A stretch of 64,000 bases of DNA, from assembly GCF_006345805.1 (NCBI RefSeq), contig NC_043002.1:82770001-82834000 (forward strand). The letters are read 5' to 3'. The notes beneath the pieces are model-generated. The model did not search any database, had not been told where the DNA came from, and was given only the letters and a program-made list of their open reading frames with translations. This document shows, piece after piece, positions 24,751 through 37,166 of this stretch. The position numbers and the translations under genes are program-made. The number at the start of each line of letters is the position of its first letter. Positions within the stretch are counted from its first letter, which is position 1. Source of the stretch: Octopus sinensis (lineage: Eukaryota).

Positions 24751-24974
24751 TTAACCCTTTAAGTATTTAAATCGGCCATATCCAGCCCAAATATTCCTCC
24801 AGCTTTATGTACAAACTGGTTAGATCCGGCTTCTCACACCTATATTCCATTGTCATTCTAAGAGTAAACAATCACATCATCAAAATCTTGAAAACTACAA
24901 CGAAATGCATGGTTTATTTAAAACTGAATAAAGCATTATATTTGACAGAGTAATCTGAATGCTAAAGTACTTAA
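24751..24974 (+). mobile_element. About 220-bp piggyBac-like MITE
   Basis: Begins TTAACCCTTT and ends AATGCTAAAG...TTAA. Related copies at about 35143, 44880 (-), 49536 (-) and 56287. Confidence 0.65.
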
Positions 24975-27900
24975 ACTATGGCAAATGCAGTTTATATTTA
25001 TTTCTAATTTCCATGCCTGAATGTTATTCATCAATCTGAGAATGAACTTGATTATGATCCACAATGAAATAGACACTACTGTAAAACCAAAAATATGTTG
25101 AGTGATATACATTGATGATGATTATGATACAATGTTGTAAAACCCCTTTTTTTTTTTATTATTATAAGTTTGACCATTTTATTCTTGGTAACTAAATCCT
25201 ATATTAATTCCTGTTGTTGATCCAGTCTAATTTTGTCGGTATTTTCATAAAGTTTTAAGCTTACTTGGCTGTCTGAAGAAAGTGTATTTAAAAAAGATAT
25301 TTTGTTGTGTAATTGTTATCATCTGTTCAACCTGCTAGATTATGATAATAGATGGTTCTCAATAGTAGTGTGCGTAAGCATGCATGTATATATTGTGTTA
25401 GCTGAACTGGGAGGCCTATGGACTTATGAAAGACTACTAACTGGGCATGACAGTAAATATCAATTGGTTTGCCCTGTTGAATTGTAATAGTATCTCTCTG
25501 ATATACAGTATCATCTAAGGGGGACTGACAGTAATGTGCTTTTATTTTTACTAAGATAGGGTTTGACCTTGTTTGGTTAAGCAGCCAAGTTTTTGTTCAC
25601 TGTTTGTTACATATTTATTGCTGTTAACTCGAGCATTTTCAAGATAAAAGAATACTCTTTAACTGTTAATTCCTCAAAAATAATGTTCCTTGAAACCGAT
25701 CACTGTATGATCCAATTCCTTCTTCTACTCATTCTCAGAGGAAAAGACCTCAGCTCGTAGTTTTGCATTATATAATTGGTTTTCATAGCGGTAGTTCTAA
25801 GAACACCTGTATTTTATTTTTTTTTGTATATATACACAAATAGCCAAATGGCATCTTTTTTTGTGCTCATCGTTATGGTTGTGATGTTTATAGAAACAGT
25901 TTTTTTTGCTCCTCATTTTTACTTTGAAATGATCTTGGTATTCTTTATTCAGTTAGTTCTAATGAAAATTTGAATTGTTTGATCTTGTATTTTAGAGTAG
26001 TAATGAAATAGATTTACAGGTTCATATTCTTTTTGTTTTGATTAATGTGCAACTCTATCAAAATTAAACTGAAGTTTGTTGTTTTGTTTTTTGGTTTGTT
26101 TTTTAAATGACCTCATGAATATTTCACTTTCACCAGCAACAGCATAGTCACCATCACTTCTCCAATCTGGCATAAATAACTATGTAAAACAGCCTTATCT
26201 TACCATAGGCTTCTATATTATTTATAGATTTTTCTGCAAGGTTTAACTGTTTTGGATCAGATTTAACCATATGACCTTCAGTTTTCTTTGATTTGACTTT
26301 GAATTTAGCCTGTGCCAATTGAACTCAACACCATTGTATGAATCATAAAATCCAGTGGTTTATACTTGTTCCTATCCATTCACAGTATCTCATATGCCAC
26401 TACTATGCACTATCACATTTCTGATGCTATATAGATTGTTTCCTGTATAAAGTAAAGTAATAATTTCTTTGATTGTTGTTCAACTCCAGATCAACCCTAA
26501 TTGCACAGGGCTATGATCAAATACATCCCAGCTGTCTGTTATTTAGAAACTTGGAGCAATAAGTTATTCCTCTCAACATTATTCTTATCTATCTATTGTG
26601 TATGACTCTATCTCTTCCTTTTTACCTCTTTCTCTCTCACTAAAATGTAGGCAGTGATCTGAATATACCACTAGAAATTAGCAACAAGTTGAACGCATTC
26701 TTCTGTACACTGATGAAGTACAAACATGCAGAAACTGCTTACATGTAGTTACAGAATAGATATTAAAATTAAATTTGAATGTATAAATCTAACGTTTATT
26801 TGAATGTCACTTGAAACAAAAAAGCATTTTTCACTTCTTGTTTCTTTTACATATGGAAATGAATATCCAGTTAGCAAACCACTTATGTGTATCATCTGCC
26901 ACCCCAACCTGTAGCAGCAGTGTTAAACCTTATTGGTTTTCTTAGTACTCTTTCATAACTTCTGACTAATATCACTTATTACTATGATCTTTATTGGTCT
27001 AGCTGTGCCAAGTGATATTGAAAGATTCATTTTAGATATCTTTTTATGTTCACCATTTTAATACCATGCATGCATTTTATAATTTCTAGGTTTGTTTCCA
27101 TTACAGTTTTTTGCAGTTTTAGTGCAGTAAACCAGTGGATTTGATTTAAAAGCTCAGATTTAAAATAGTGTAGTGATTTTATACACCTGTTTAATAAACT
27201 GACAAATGTTGTGTTAGCAATGATATACAATGGGCAGTGATTTGACAGAGTTGTTAAATCCTCAGATAAAATGCCTAATGGTATTTGTTCCAGCTTAAAT
27301 CTTATTGAGCTCAACTTTGCAGGGTAAGGGGTTTCTTTTTCTCTCTCTCTCTCTCACCAAGCACACACACATTGTGAAGTGATGTTACAAGCAAGTAATT
27401 GTAACATTTCTCTCTTTACTTCAAAAAGGAAGAAGAATTGAACAAGGGATTCCCTACACTCCACCTCATGGAAAAACTCTAACAGTGGCTCTGTGTACAG
27501 TTAAGCACAAACTGAAAATTAAAAACATAAACATGGACCAAGGAGAGTTAGGAATATAGTAGAATTGATTCTAACAAGCTAATGCAATTCACAGAAAAGC
27601 ACTTATGAAATTCATCTTACTTAACACCTCTACAAATATAAATAAGTCTTAAAAGATGATTTTTTTTTATGTAAACCATTTTTGAAAACAGATTTACTTC
27701 TGTCAGTAAGTCTTCAACACTGTCTCTTAATTTTTTTAATCTGCTACCTTAAATTCACTGGACGTTTGAAGAAGTGTAAATGCTTGTAGTTCAAAACTTT
27801 TATACATTACTGCTAAGCTGTTGAGGTTTATTTGCAAATGATTCTCTTACCATGCAACATTCATTTGCTTCATCTCATTCCGTAAATTTCACTTTGCCTT

Positions 27901-28839
27901 GTATTCATCACTATGGGCTTTTTGAGTTAGCTTTGGTTTCGCTATTTGTTTTTAATTGGCATTGTATTTGGCCCTTTTTAGATTTACATTATACAGTTGC
28001 ATATCTACTTGACTGAAGTACTTGTAGTCAGAACTTAAATGAACAGTGGCACAGTTTTCATGAACTTTTGTGTTGATATTTGGAGCCTTTGCATAAGCGT
28101 GTAAACTTTTCTATTGCTATAGCCATGTGTAATCCAGAGAGGTGTTAGAAAAGTTGGATAGGTTTATAATAAGAATACCAAGACTGAACATAAGTAACAG
28201 GTTGATCAATCTACAGCTAATAAACTTTGTTTATGTATGATAAAAAGAACTTGTAAAAACATCAAGTTGTTTCTTAATACAAAAGTTTGGTTTTGCACCG
28301 TTCATATTTTTAAGATTATTAAAAATTAGTTTTATCTGGCCGTACAGTTTGGGTTAAGACCAAAATCTGCACTTAAAAATGGTATATTACATGAACATTA
28401 AAATAGATTTGAAAAGGAGCACCAACATTTAAAATTGCAAAACCTTGCAATTAATTTTGCACTCACCTTATATTACATATATAATGGGTCATGTTTCTCT
28501 CATTTCTCTCCAGCTTCTGTAGATCTTCTATATCTTGTACCCATCTTACACATTTCTTTTATACAGTCTACTTGTGTCAGAGAGAGAAATAGTTTGCTGT
28601 TACTGTTTAATTTCAGGTTTACTCAGATTAAGTAGACCCATGATAACAGCATACCAATCATGACTATTCTGGGTTTTTTTTAAGGATGTTAGACTACATT
28701 ATCTAAAGTCTTAATGCATGATGGTAAGATGTGTATTGAGGAAGATTTAGATGTTGTCTCTAGCAGGTTGTGATATCAGTTAGAGGCAAACATCTTTGAC
28801 CTGCATATATCTATAATGTTCTTTTTATTTATTTTGCAG

Positions 28840-29029
28840 ACCTTATGGAGAAGCTGAGCAAATTAAATGGTAGCACTGCTGGTCGCAGACAAAGTGGTGA
28901 TGGTGCAGACAACAATGTACACAAAGATAAAGCTACCAGGAATAACAATCGCTCAGAGAAAGGTGGCTCAGGCCACTCTGGAAAGTCACCTGATGATTAC
29001 ACAGAGGATCAGTTGATAGCTGTTAAAAG
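28840..29029 (+). CDS. DNAJB12: DNAJB12/14-like coding exon 2
   Basis: Acceptor TTTTGCAG|AC restores D-L-MEKLSKL...DYTEDQLIAVK-R; the DYTxDQ..AVKR motif precedes the J-domain. 190 nt, phase 1 to 2, donor AG|GTTTGC. Confidence 0.9.
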
Positions 29030-30199
29030 GTTTGCTTGTAAAATAATCTTCATTATCTTTTTTTAATATGTATATTATGATTTAGATGATGGGGAAAAAA
29101 TAACATCTGAAATCCTTCCCAATAAAGTGCCATTGGATTAGATTTTAAAATATAATTAGATTTTAATAAATATATATGGTTTTTGACCCTCTTGTTTACA
29201 TTTAGTTACATAATGATAATGATTACATTTACTGTCTATTAAAACACCTTAAATTATAAAATGTATCAAAGTTGTTTGTAGGACTAATAATATGGTCAAG
29301 CATGTGATGACTTGATACTGAAGGAAAATTGTTGTATACTGGTTGTATATATCTTTCATATAAATGATAAAAACAAAAAAAAAAAGGATGATCTCAAGCT
29401 ATAAAGTGCCTATGTAGCTTGCGGACTATAACTGTTTTCATTTGTGAGAATGATTGGGTGCTCTTGAAAATTTCCATATCTTACAAAAGGATCATTATAG
29501 AAATTATATGTTTCATAGCTGTTTGGTTACTACCAACCACTTCTATTCACATCTAAGTGGAGTGCTATACTTTAAAATAGAGGTAATAGCTAGAACAGTT
29601 CTGAACTCCTGATTTTTTTGTTAATTGCCCATCTTAGATCTATTGTCAGAATATTCATTAATATAAGTCAGTTAACTACCAAGGATATTTGTAGTCAGTT
29701 GTGTTTCCTTAACTCTGTACCCCACTGCTACTTCTACCTCTTCTTTACAATCTCCCCTTACCTTTATATTGCATTTATTAACCCTGCCCTTAATCCCACT
29801 GTTCAAGTTAATGCTGTGTTCTACTGTTTTAGCAGTGTGCTTTACATCACTTGTTAAGGTTATCTCTATAGATATTCTATAGAAATTATAGCCAACATTG
29901 GCTTTTGTTATGACATTTCGTATCCAAGACATCAGATGTAAGCAAACAATGAGATCGAAGATGAAAATATGGTAATAGGCATATATGTCATATTTCAGGA
30001 GTTCTTGCCCATTTTAACACATTTAACCCCTTTCTACTACCCTGCTGTTCATACTGCCAGCCAACTGGACCAACCTGGCAGTTGAACAAGGTTGCTGTAT
30101 ATTTTATATGCATTGTTTCATGTTAAACTAGCATGAGACATTGCACCTTATACACTAACATCATACAGGATATTCCTACTCAGAGAGAGAGAGAGAGAG

Positions 30200-30760
30200 G
30201 GAGAATCCCTTTGTTGCTATCAAAGGTAGTAGCTCCTTGAACTTTTTTCACTTTGCCTTTATGCTGTCAGCTACTTCTAGGGAGCTTTCTTGAAGATTGA
30301 AAGAATTCTCATCACGAATGCTCTTAGCTGCACTTGTGCATCTGCTATATATAAAGTGTTTCTCTTTTGTCAGCTTACCTGTGGCCCCTCTATATATTTT
30401 GTGCATTCATTGTTCATAATGAATGTATTGTATGTAATTTCTAATTTCTAGCTACTCTTTTTCTGTACATTGAGCAAGTATGGCCAACTCCAGTTGAGAG
30501 AGTTCTGTTATCTTTCTTGCTAAGACTTCTTAGTAGCAGATACATACAAATAGTTAACAGGTGTGAACTCATTTTAAGGGATAACATCCAGGTACTTCAG
30601 TTGCTTCAGTCATTATTGAGAAGATCCAAGACAAAGTTTGTGTCGATAATTTCCTAGATAAATGTCTCTGTGATAGGGGAGTGGTTCATCAGACACTGTG
30701 ATTGGAATGACCCCTGTATTGGCTTGTTGGTTGAAAGTAGTCTATGGCTACATGTAGAGC
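30200..30760 (-). mobile_element. Highly degraded CR1-type LINE fragment
   Basis: Only YLG-IID and EKVQ.AT motifs are recognisable. Confidence 0.4.
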
Positions 30761-30949
30761 AACTCCATAACTAAATTCAGATTATTCTTCATCTGAACCT
30801 TTCTTTTATTAATGCTGGTGCCCTAGCATGGCCACAGCATCTGGCAGAATAATAAAATAAAATAGTAGAATAATAGAATACGAGCAGCTACAAAATATAT
30901 TCTTTCAAATGCTTGAGAAGCTCTCTAGAAGTTAGTAGCTTTCCTTACC

Positions 30950-31490
30950 TAGATGACCTAATTAGCCATGGAGGCAGATGTTCTGAAAACATAGTAGTTG
31001 GAGTTAAAACAGGGTGGAGAATGTTCAGGGATTTATTACCTGTCCTGGTATAAAGAGCTTGTATGCTGCTTATGTAGAAAGGGTGACATTGCATTATGGT
31101 AAAACATGGGTACTGAATGTGAAAGATGTTTGAAGGCTGGCAAGAAATATAGTAAGCATGCTCTGCTGAGTGTGTAAAAATGAATGTGCATGAGCAACAA
31201 TACAAATAGAGAGAAGAACATGGGGAATAAGATGACTCAGATGTAATGTGCAGAGAAGAAAGACATCCAGTAGAGACATGCTTCATATATAGATGATGAC
31301 AGTTGAGTGAAAAGAAATGTCAAGACAATCCAAGTGGAAGGAATCTGCAACAGAAGAACACATGGGAAGAAGTGATGAAGGCTCATTTCAAAAGGCTGAA
31401 CTTCATGAAAATACCTGGACTGGGACAAGTGGTAAGATGCTGTGCTTGAGAAGGACCATCCAATTCATGCAAACATGGAAAAGCAGGCAT
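30950..31490 (+). mobile_element. RTE-clade LINE 3' fragment, degenerate
   Basis: Similar to the ORF2 end at 11000-11460, including TGCTGTGCTTGAGAAG near the stop. Confidence 0.65.
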
Positions 31491-32879
31491 AAAAATGATC
31501 ATAGTTATTTTTTTCGTATAATCTCTATATACAATGATATCTCTTTCTCTAATATTTAATCTAATTCTAGTTATTACACTACAGGCTTCAATTATTTTGT
31601 CTTCATATATTTTCCATCTTTAGCAAACCACTATACTTTACAAGTTTAACCCAATTCTAGTATCATAGTGGGTCATTGATAATGGAATGAAGAGAATAAT
31701 GTCAAGAAGTAGTGAAAGACAATCTAAACTAGATTCAAAAGAAGGCAATTCTACTGATTGGCAAACATCCAACCAGCAACACACTGCAACTACTCTAGCT
31801 TATATATATATACTCTTACATCTTGTTCCTCTAAACTAGCTAGTTGTATACCCTCTCCATCTAGCCCTGCTGTTTCCAGTGCTCTTACTGTACCTGGAAT
31901 CTCCTTTCCTGTAGATTTTGTGGGCACAACTCCTTGTCTTCTGACTTTCATAAAGAAAATTCCTAAAGAATCTTAACATGACTTTTTTGTTCTGCCTTCT
32001 TTTAATTCAGCTGGTAAAACATGTTCGTTAGAGATAGATATAGTGTATCTTCAGAGATAGTTGTACATATATATCAGTTGGTAATTTCACTCTAAAGGTT
32101 CATCGCCATCATCATCTATCTGCTTTTTCCGTTTTGGCATAGGTTGAATGGGTCATTTCTGACCAGGTCAGAATCTGTTTTGGAGTTACCGTTTTTGGCA
32201 TTGTTTCTATAATTGCCAGTCACTTTATGGACTACTTGTTGCATCTTATCATATTACCAGAGAAGTTCTCAGCAAAATTCGTCATCTCTACTCCACACTA
32301 TCTCTTTTCATCCGTTTGTTCATCCAGCACTAGAGAGATTGTCTCACCTCTGGTAAGACTTTGGAAAGTCATCTCCTCCCTGCACTGTCTCTGTTCATTT
32401 AGGCCTTTCTTTCCCACACTACTGGGTGAGAAGAGAGCCAAAATGAGAAAGTGATAGAAGAAAGAGACATGAGAGAAAAGGAAAATGAGTGTGAGAGAGA
32501 GAGTGGAACCAGGCTCCAGTCTGGTTTAGCTTCATTTCTATGGCTGGACGCCCTTCCTAATGCCAAACACCAAGAATGTAGTGGGTGCTTTTTACATGTC
32601 ACTGGCACAGGTGCCTTTCACATGTCGCCTGCACAGGATAATGTGTAGTAATAAAGATGGATAATGATAAGAAAGGGAGAGAGAGTGGAGGATTTCAATG
32701 ACAAATAAAAGAGAAAGTAATGGGAGTAATGTGACAAAGCTGTTTGGAAGCAGAGAGCCTTAATATGAATATAATAGAAAGGTAAGACTGAAATGTAGAT
32801 AGCATACATCCCAACTTCCATGATCACCACTTCCACCACCATTTTACATCCAGTTCTTTTACCATCTCCTTTGTGAGGT

Positions 32880-33830
32880 TTGTTCTCTTGAGAGCTCAGC
32901 TTACCACTTCCTAAGTCATCCTTGGTCTCCTTCTTCTGCAGATTCTGTTCATTTGGAGTGCTCTGCACTTCTTTATACAGCCGACATCCTCAAAATTTTA
33001 TGGTTATAGTGGCCACAGTTTTCTCTCCTGTCCACTTCATTCCTGTTCCTCTTATATCCAATTTTTCCCTCAGTTTACTTGTACTTCATTGTTTATATAC
33101 ATACTGCTCATCCAGCAAAGCATGCTTGCCTCATTTCTTTCCAGTCTTTAACATCTTCCACTTTCTAACCCGTATCTCATTAATATGCAACATCACACTT
33201 CATACAAAAGCATCATACAATCTACTCTGTTACTCGAGGTGAGCTTACGGTTCCCTGAACTTTTCCCCCATTCATCATTCTTCCTCTTGCTACTATCCTT
33301 TCAGAACAGCCATCCACCTCCAGCAGGAAATACTATCAACTACTTCTACAAATCCTTCTGAGCACCTGAAGGAATTTATTTCATTGCCAACTGCTTTTGT
33401 TTATCAGCCACATGGAAAGGGTACCTTCCCTATTAACCTGCCTGTGATCCTTCTACAACTCTTGTGCAACCATAGGTTACATTGGCTACTATATGGAATT
33501 CCTACTGACTCATTTTCTTCATATTGAAAATGGTCACTTCCCCAATCTCAGTAGAGCCTTGTCTTCTTTCCTACTTACTAAAAGTCCCAATTTTTGAAAG
33601 CTAGATTTCCAATGAAGCCTATCAATTCTAGATTTTCCTTCCAAATTTGAATTACTTTCTTCTAAATCTTTGACAGGTTCAGTTATGAGAACTAGGTCAT
33701 CAGTATATAGGAGGTCTTACAGGCAGGCAGTTATGAATTTGTATGTTATGGCCTGGAAGATTATATAATAAATGGAAAGGGATGAGAACCAAACCTGACT
33801 GACACTATCATTATTATTTAATGCCCCTAC
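32880..33830 (-). mobile_element. RTE-clade LINE fragment, degenerate (probable donor of the inverted copy at 36430)
   Basis: DLLYTDDLV RT motif on minus, with RTE similarity continuing on both sides of 33389-33732. Confidence 0.75.
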
Positions 33831-34018
33831 ACACAAAATACTGGACTGATTACTAACTTTCTTCTTACTCTCAGAAGCCATTCATCCATCCTTAGTTATT
33901 TTAGTGACTAATAGAACTCTATAAAAGGCCTTTTCCAAGTCAGCAAAGTTTGACTACATACTCTGAAAGGCAGTTATTTACTGCCAGAATTTTTATTTCA
34001 TGAAAACAAGTAAAAAGT

Positions 34019-34175
34019 TCATTATTTACAATTGACGGATATTTGTCCTCATCTTGTTTGTTGTTAACACAATGTTTTGGCTGATATACCCTCCAGCCTT
34101 CATCAGGTGTCTTGGGAAAATTTCGAACCTGGGTTCTCATTCCTAAGGTATTTTTCGATATTATTATTATTGGAA
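34019..34175 (-). mobile_element. Small hammerhead-bearing (Penelope/retrozyme-like) element, family 2
   Basis: Minus strand reads GACAC CTGATGA AGGCTG gagggtatat CAGCC AAAAC ATT GTGTT (34111-34066). Related copies at 43745-44036 and 51312-51456. Confidence 0.7.
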
Positions 34176-34224
34176 AAATATTCGTCAGTTGTAAATAATG
34201 TAATGACTAGTGACTGAGACTTTT

Positions 34225-34645
34225 GGAAATATGCTGTGCTTGAGAAGACCCAGCAAGCCAAGTGAGACCATAACCTCATGGCCTATGCCAGGGGTGTAAC
34301 CAACCCACTTATGCGTACCTTTCCTTCATTGGATACTAAACTCTGCTTACAAAGACCTGTTGAGGCAAGTGAAATCGAAATCAAATTCGATGACTGGCAT
34401 CCATGTTAGTGGAGCGCTAAGAGCACCATCCGAACGTGATCATTGCCAGAGCAGCGTGCCGGTGGCACATAAAAGCACCCACTACACTCTTGGAGTGGTT
34501 GGTGTTAGGAAGGGCATCCAGCTGTAGAAACTCTGCCAGATCAGATTGGAGCTTGGTGCGGCCATCTGGTTCGCTAGTCCTCAGTCAAATCGTCCAACCC
34601 ATGCTAGCATGGAAAGTGGACGTTAAATGATGATGATGATGATGA
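34225..34645 (+). mobile_element. RTE LINE 3' end with (GAT)n tail
   Basis: TGCTGTGCTTGAGAAGAC ORF2 end, then GTGCCGGTGGCAC-TAAAAGCACCC 3' UTR, then GGACGTTAAATGATGATG. Confidence 0.85.
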
Positions 34646-34768
34646 ATTCCTCATCTCTTAAATATAGAACTGAAGAAAAAGGTGTTTTAAATTTGTTATC
34701 CTTTTGCACAGAGTTTTTTTTTTAGTGTCTTTTTTCAAGAAACCTTTATATTTTTTTCCTTTTTGCAG

Positions 34769-34914
34769 AATTAAAAAATGTAAAGATTATTATGAAATCC
34801 TTGGTGTCTCAAAGGATGCAACAGATGTTGATTTGAAAAAAGCATACAGAAAATTAGCATTAAAAATGCATCCTGATAAAAATAAGGCTCCAGGGGCTAC
34901 TGAAGCCTTTAAAG
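34769..34914 (+). CDS. DNAJB12: DNAJB12/14-like coding exon 3 (J-domain helices I-III, HPD)
   Basis: [56 protein letters not shown] acceptor, G|GTAAGC donor, 146 nt, phase 2 to 1. Confidence 0.97.
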
Positions 34915-35789
34915 GTAAGCTAAACCATCTTTTAATTATTAACCCTTTAGATTAGTAATTCTCAACCATTTTTTGCCTATGGACTCCTTTGATTACTATT
35001 TTTCTGGTGGACTGTCATCCCAACCCAATCATTCAACATTTAAAAACTAGTTTTATAGATATTTCTTTCAAAACTCCTACTTTGTTTTTCATGTGTTCAC
35101 TTGTATAAGTTTGGAATATGTTTCAGAAGCTAGAAACATCTCAACCCTTTAGCATTTAAACCAGCCATATCCAGTCCAAATATTCTACTTATTTTATGTT
35201 CAAACCCACCAGTCAACCTCTGACACTTATTCTATGATGTCATTCTAAAAAATACTGTCGCATTATTGAAATTTTGAAGAGATAATGCATGATTAATTCA
35301 AAACATTGTGAATAAATATTACATTTGACAGAGCAATCTGAATGCTGATAGGTATGTAAAACATTAAAGAAAGAAAGACCTAGCAAAATCTTTTCATGGA
35401 TCCTTAAAATATTGCTGTAGATCTCCAATTATCTATTTTGCTTGCATGGGCCTTCTGAAGCCTTGTAATTGAATTTGGTAGGCAGAAGTTCTTGTTGTAT
35501 ATAACGTGTGTGTGTAAGTGCTTGTGCCTTCTAACAGAGAGGACCCTAGTTGAGAACCTCTGCTTTAGATGATCTAACTAGAATGCACTTTAGGATAGAT
35601 GCAGGGGTCTAAAATACTAGCTTAAAAACTGCACTTCATGTGGACTTTTGAACTAGCTCCTATGGAAGGCTAATTGGGCCTGTAGCCCAAAACTAAAGAC
35701 AGCAATAATAATAAAGCATTTATTAGTACCCTACCATCTCAGATTTATATCACAGAGTATCACATTGGGAGAATTTTGTATCACTGTGA

Positions 35790-36960
35790 CATTTGGAGAT
35801 CACTGTAAAGCAGCAGAAGGAACAATATTCTTGGTTTTACCATTTGGTGTATGAAGTGACTGTTGCTATTTCTAACTTTGGAACAACCAACATAGAGCTG
35901 ACCATGGGGAAAGTACTGCTGCATGAGGTGAAGACCAATAATTTTCTGTGATTGTCCTTGTCTCTTGTTAACAGACATTGCAAAACTAACTCTTACTGGA
36001 AATTGAATCACTTGGATTCAAAGAGCATGTCTGCTGGAATCAGTGGAACTCTTGGAATAAACACATTTTCTCTCTTTCCTTCTCCAGTGAGGATTGTCGC
36101 TTCCAAAAGATATGGATACATTTGCCTGACAATCAGTCTGGTTCTATTGCACAGCTTTGGAGGATCCAGATTTTTCAAAAGCATGGTTGGAACTTCTTTC
36201 TTCAATATCAGTTTGTGAGAAGGTATTCCAGGAGGATCCAAAGAGTTAAGAAACTCAGTAGGATAATTTACTGCCTTACTGGGGTCCACAACAGTATCAA
36301 TTAAGAAATAATTTTTTTTCTCAGTATTGATTGATTGCATAAGTTTCCAATTGACAACCTGGACAAAGTGATGTCTCTATTGCTGAATGCTTCCGTTTCC
36401 CAGATCCAGTAGCTGAGCTGCAAATTTAAAACTGCCTGCCTGTAAGACCTCCTATATACTGATGACCTAGTTCCCATAACTGAACCTGTCAAAGATTTAG
36501 AAGAAAGCAATTCAAATTTGGAAGGAAAATCTAGAATTGGTAGGCTTCATTGGAAATCTAGCTTTCAAAAATTGGGACTTTTAGTAAGTAGGAAAGAAGA
36601 CAAGGCTATACTGCTATTTGGGAAGTGACCATTTTCCATATGCAGAAAATGAGTCAGTAGGAATTCCATATAGTAGCCAATGTAACCTATGGTTGCACAA
36701 GAGCTGTAGAAGGATCACAGGCAGGTTAATAGGGAAGGTACCCTTTCCATGTGGCTGATAAACAAAAGCAGTTTTGCTGAATGCTTCCATTTCCCAGATC
36801 CAGTAACTGAGCTGCAAATCTTCCAGCATCCAAATCTCTGAATAAATTGACTCCACCAAAAGTCCGATCAGGCTGAAAGTTCGAGTTCTTCAATATTTCC
36901 TTCTGAGTGCTTCAATTCACAAACTCTGTGGAACTTTGAGACCTCATGAACATGAAACCT
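35790..36960 (-). mobile_element. Helitron Rep/helicase (PIF1-like) C-terminal remnant, interrupted by an insertion
   Basis: FAAQLLDLGNG, YPTEFLNSLDPPGIPSHKLILK..PTMLLKNLDPPKLCNRTRL, FPVRVSFAMSVNKRQGQS and FPHGQLYVGCSKV. Confidence 0.9.
36430..36773 (+). repeat. 344-bp inverted copy of 33389-33732, flanked by a 46-bp direct duplication
   Basis: Ungapped, about 10 mismatches by manual alignment. Direct repeats at 36380-36425 and 36774-36819 (44/46 identical). Confidence 0.9.
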
Positions 36961-37031
36961 CTCACTCTAACTTGTCTTTTAAATTTTATTCCTCCTAGTT
37001 TTGTTAATTTTATTTGTTTCTGTTGTTTTAG

Positions 37032-37166
37032 CTATTGGAAATGCATTTTCTGTATTAAGTGATGCCGAAAAAAGGAAAAAGTATGATCTCTATGGAGAGG
37101 ATATTGTCCATCACTCTCGGAATTGTAGTAGGGACGAGCAATTTGACTATTCTCGGGGCTTCGAAG
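37032..37166 (+). CDS. DNAJB12: DNAJB12/14-like coding exon 4
   Basis: A-IGNAFSVLSDAEKRKKYDLYGE...YSRGFE (J-domain helix IV). TTTTAG acceptor, G|GTAAGA donor, 135 nt, phase 1 to 1. Confidence 0.95.

Noticed and set aside
29030-29035. Weak donor GTTTGC after exon 2, considered as a U12-type or wrong boundary
   Set aside because: It lacks the U12 RTATCCT consensus, and phase and peptide join correctly to exon 3, so it is treated as an ordinary weak GT donor.
35781-36340. Host PIF1 helicase gene nested in intron 3
   Set aside because: The motifs are Helitron-type, the frame is broken, and the segment is internally deleted and interrupted by an insertion.
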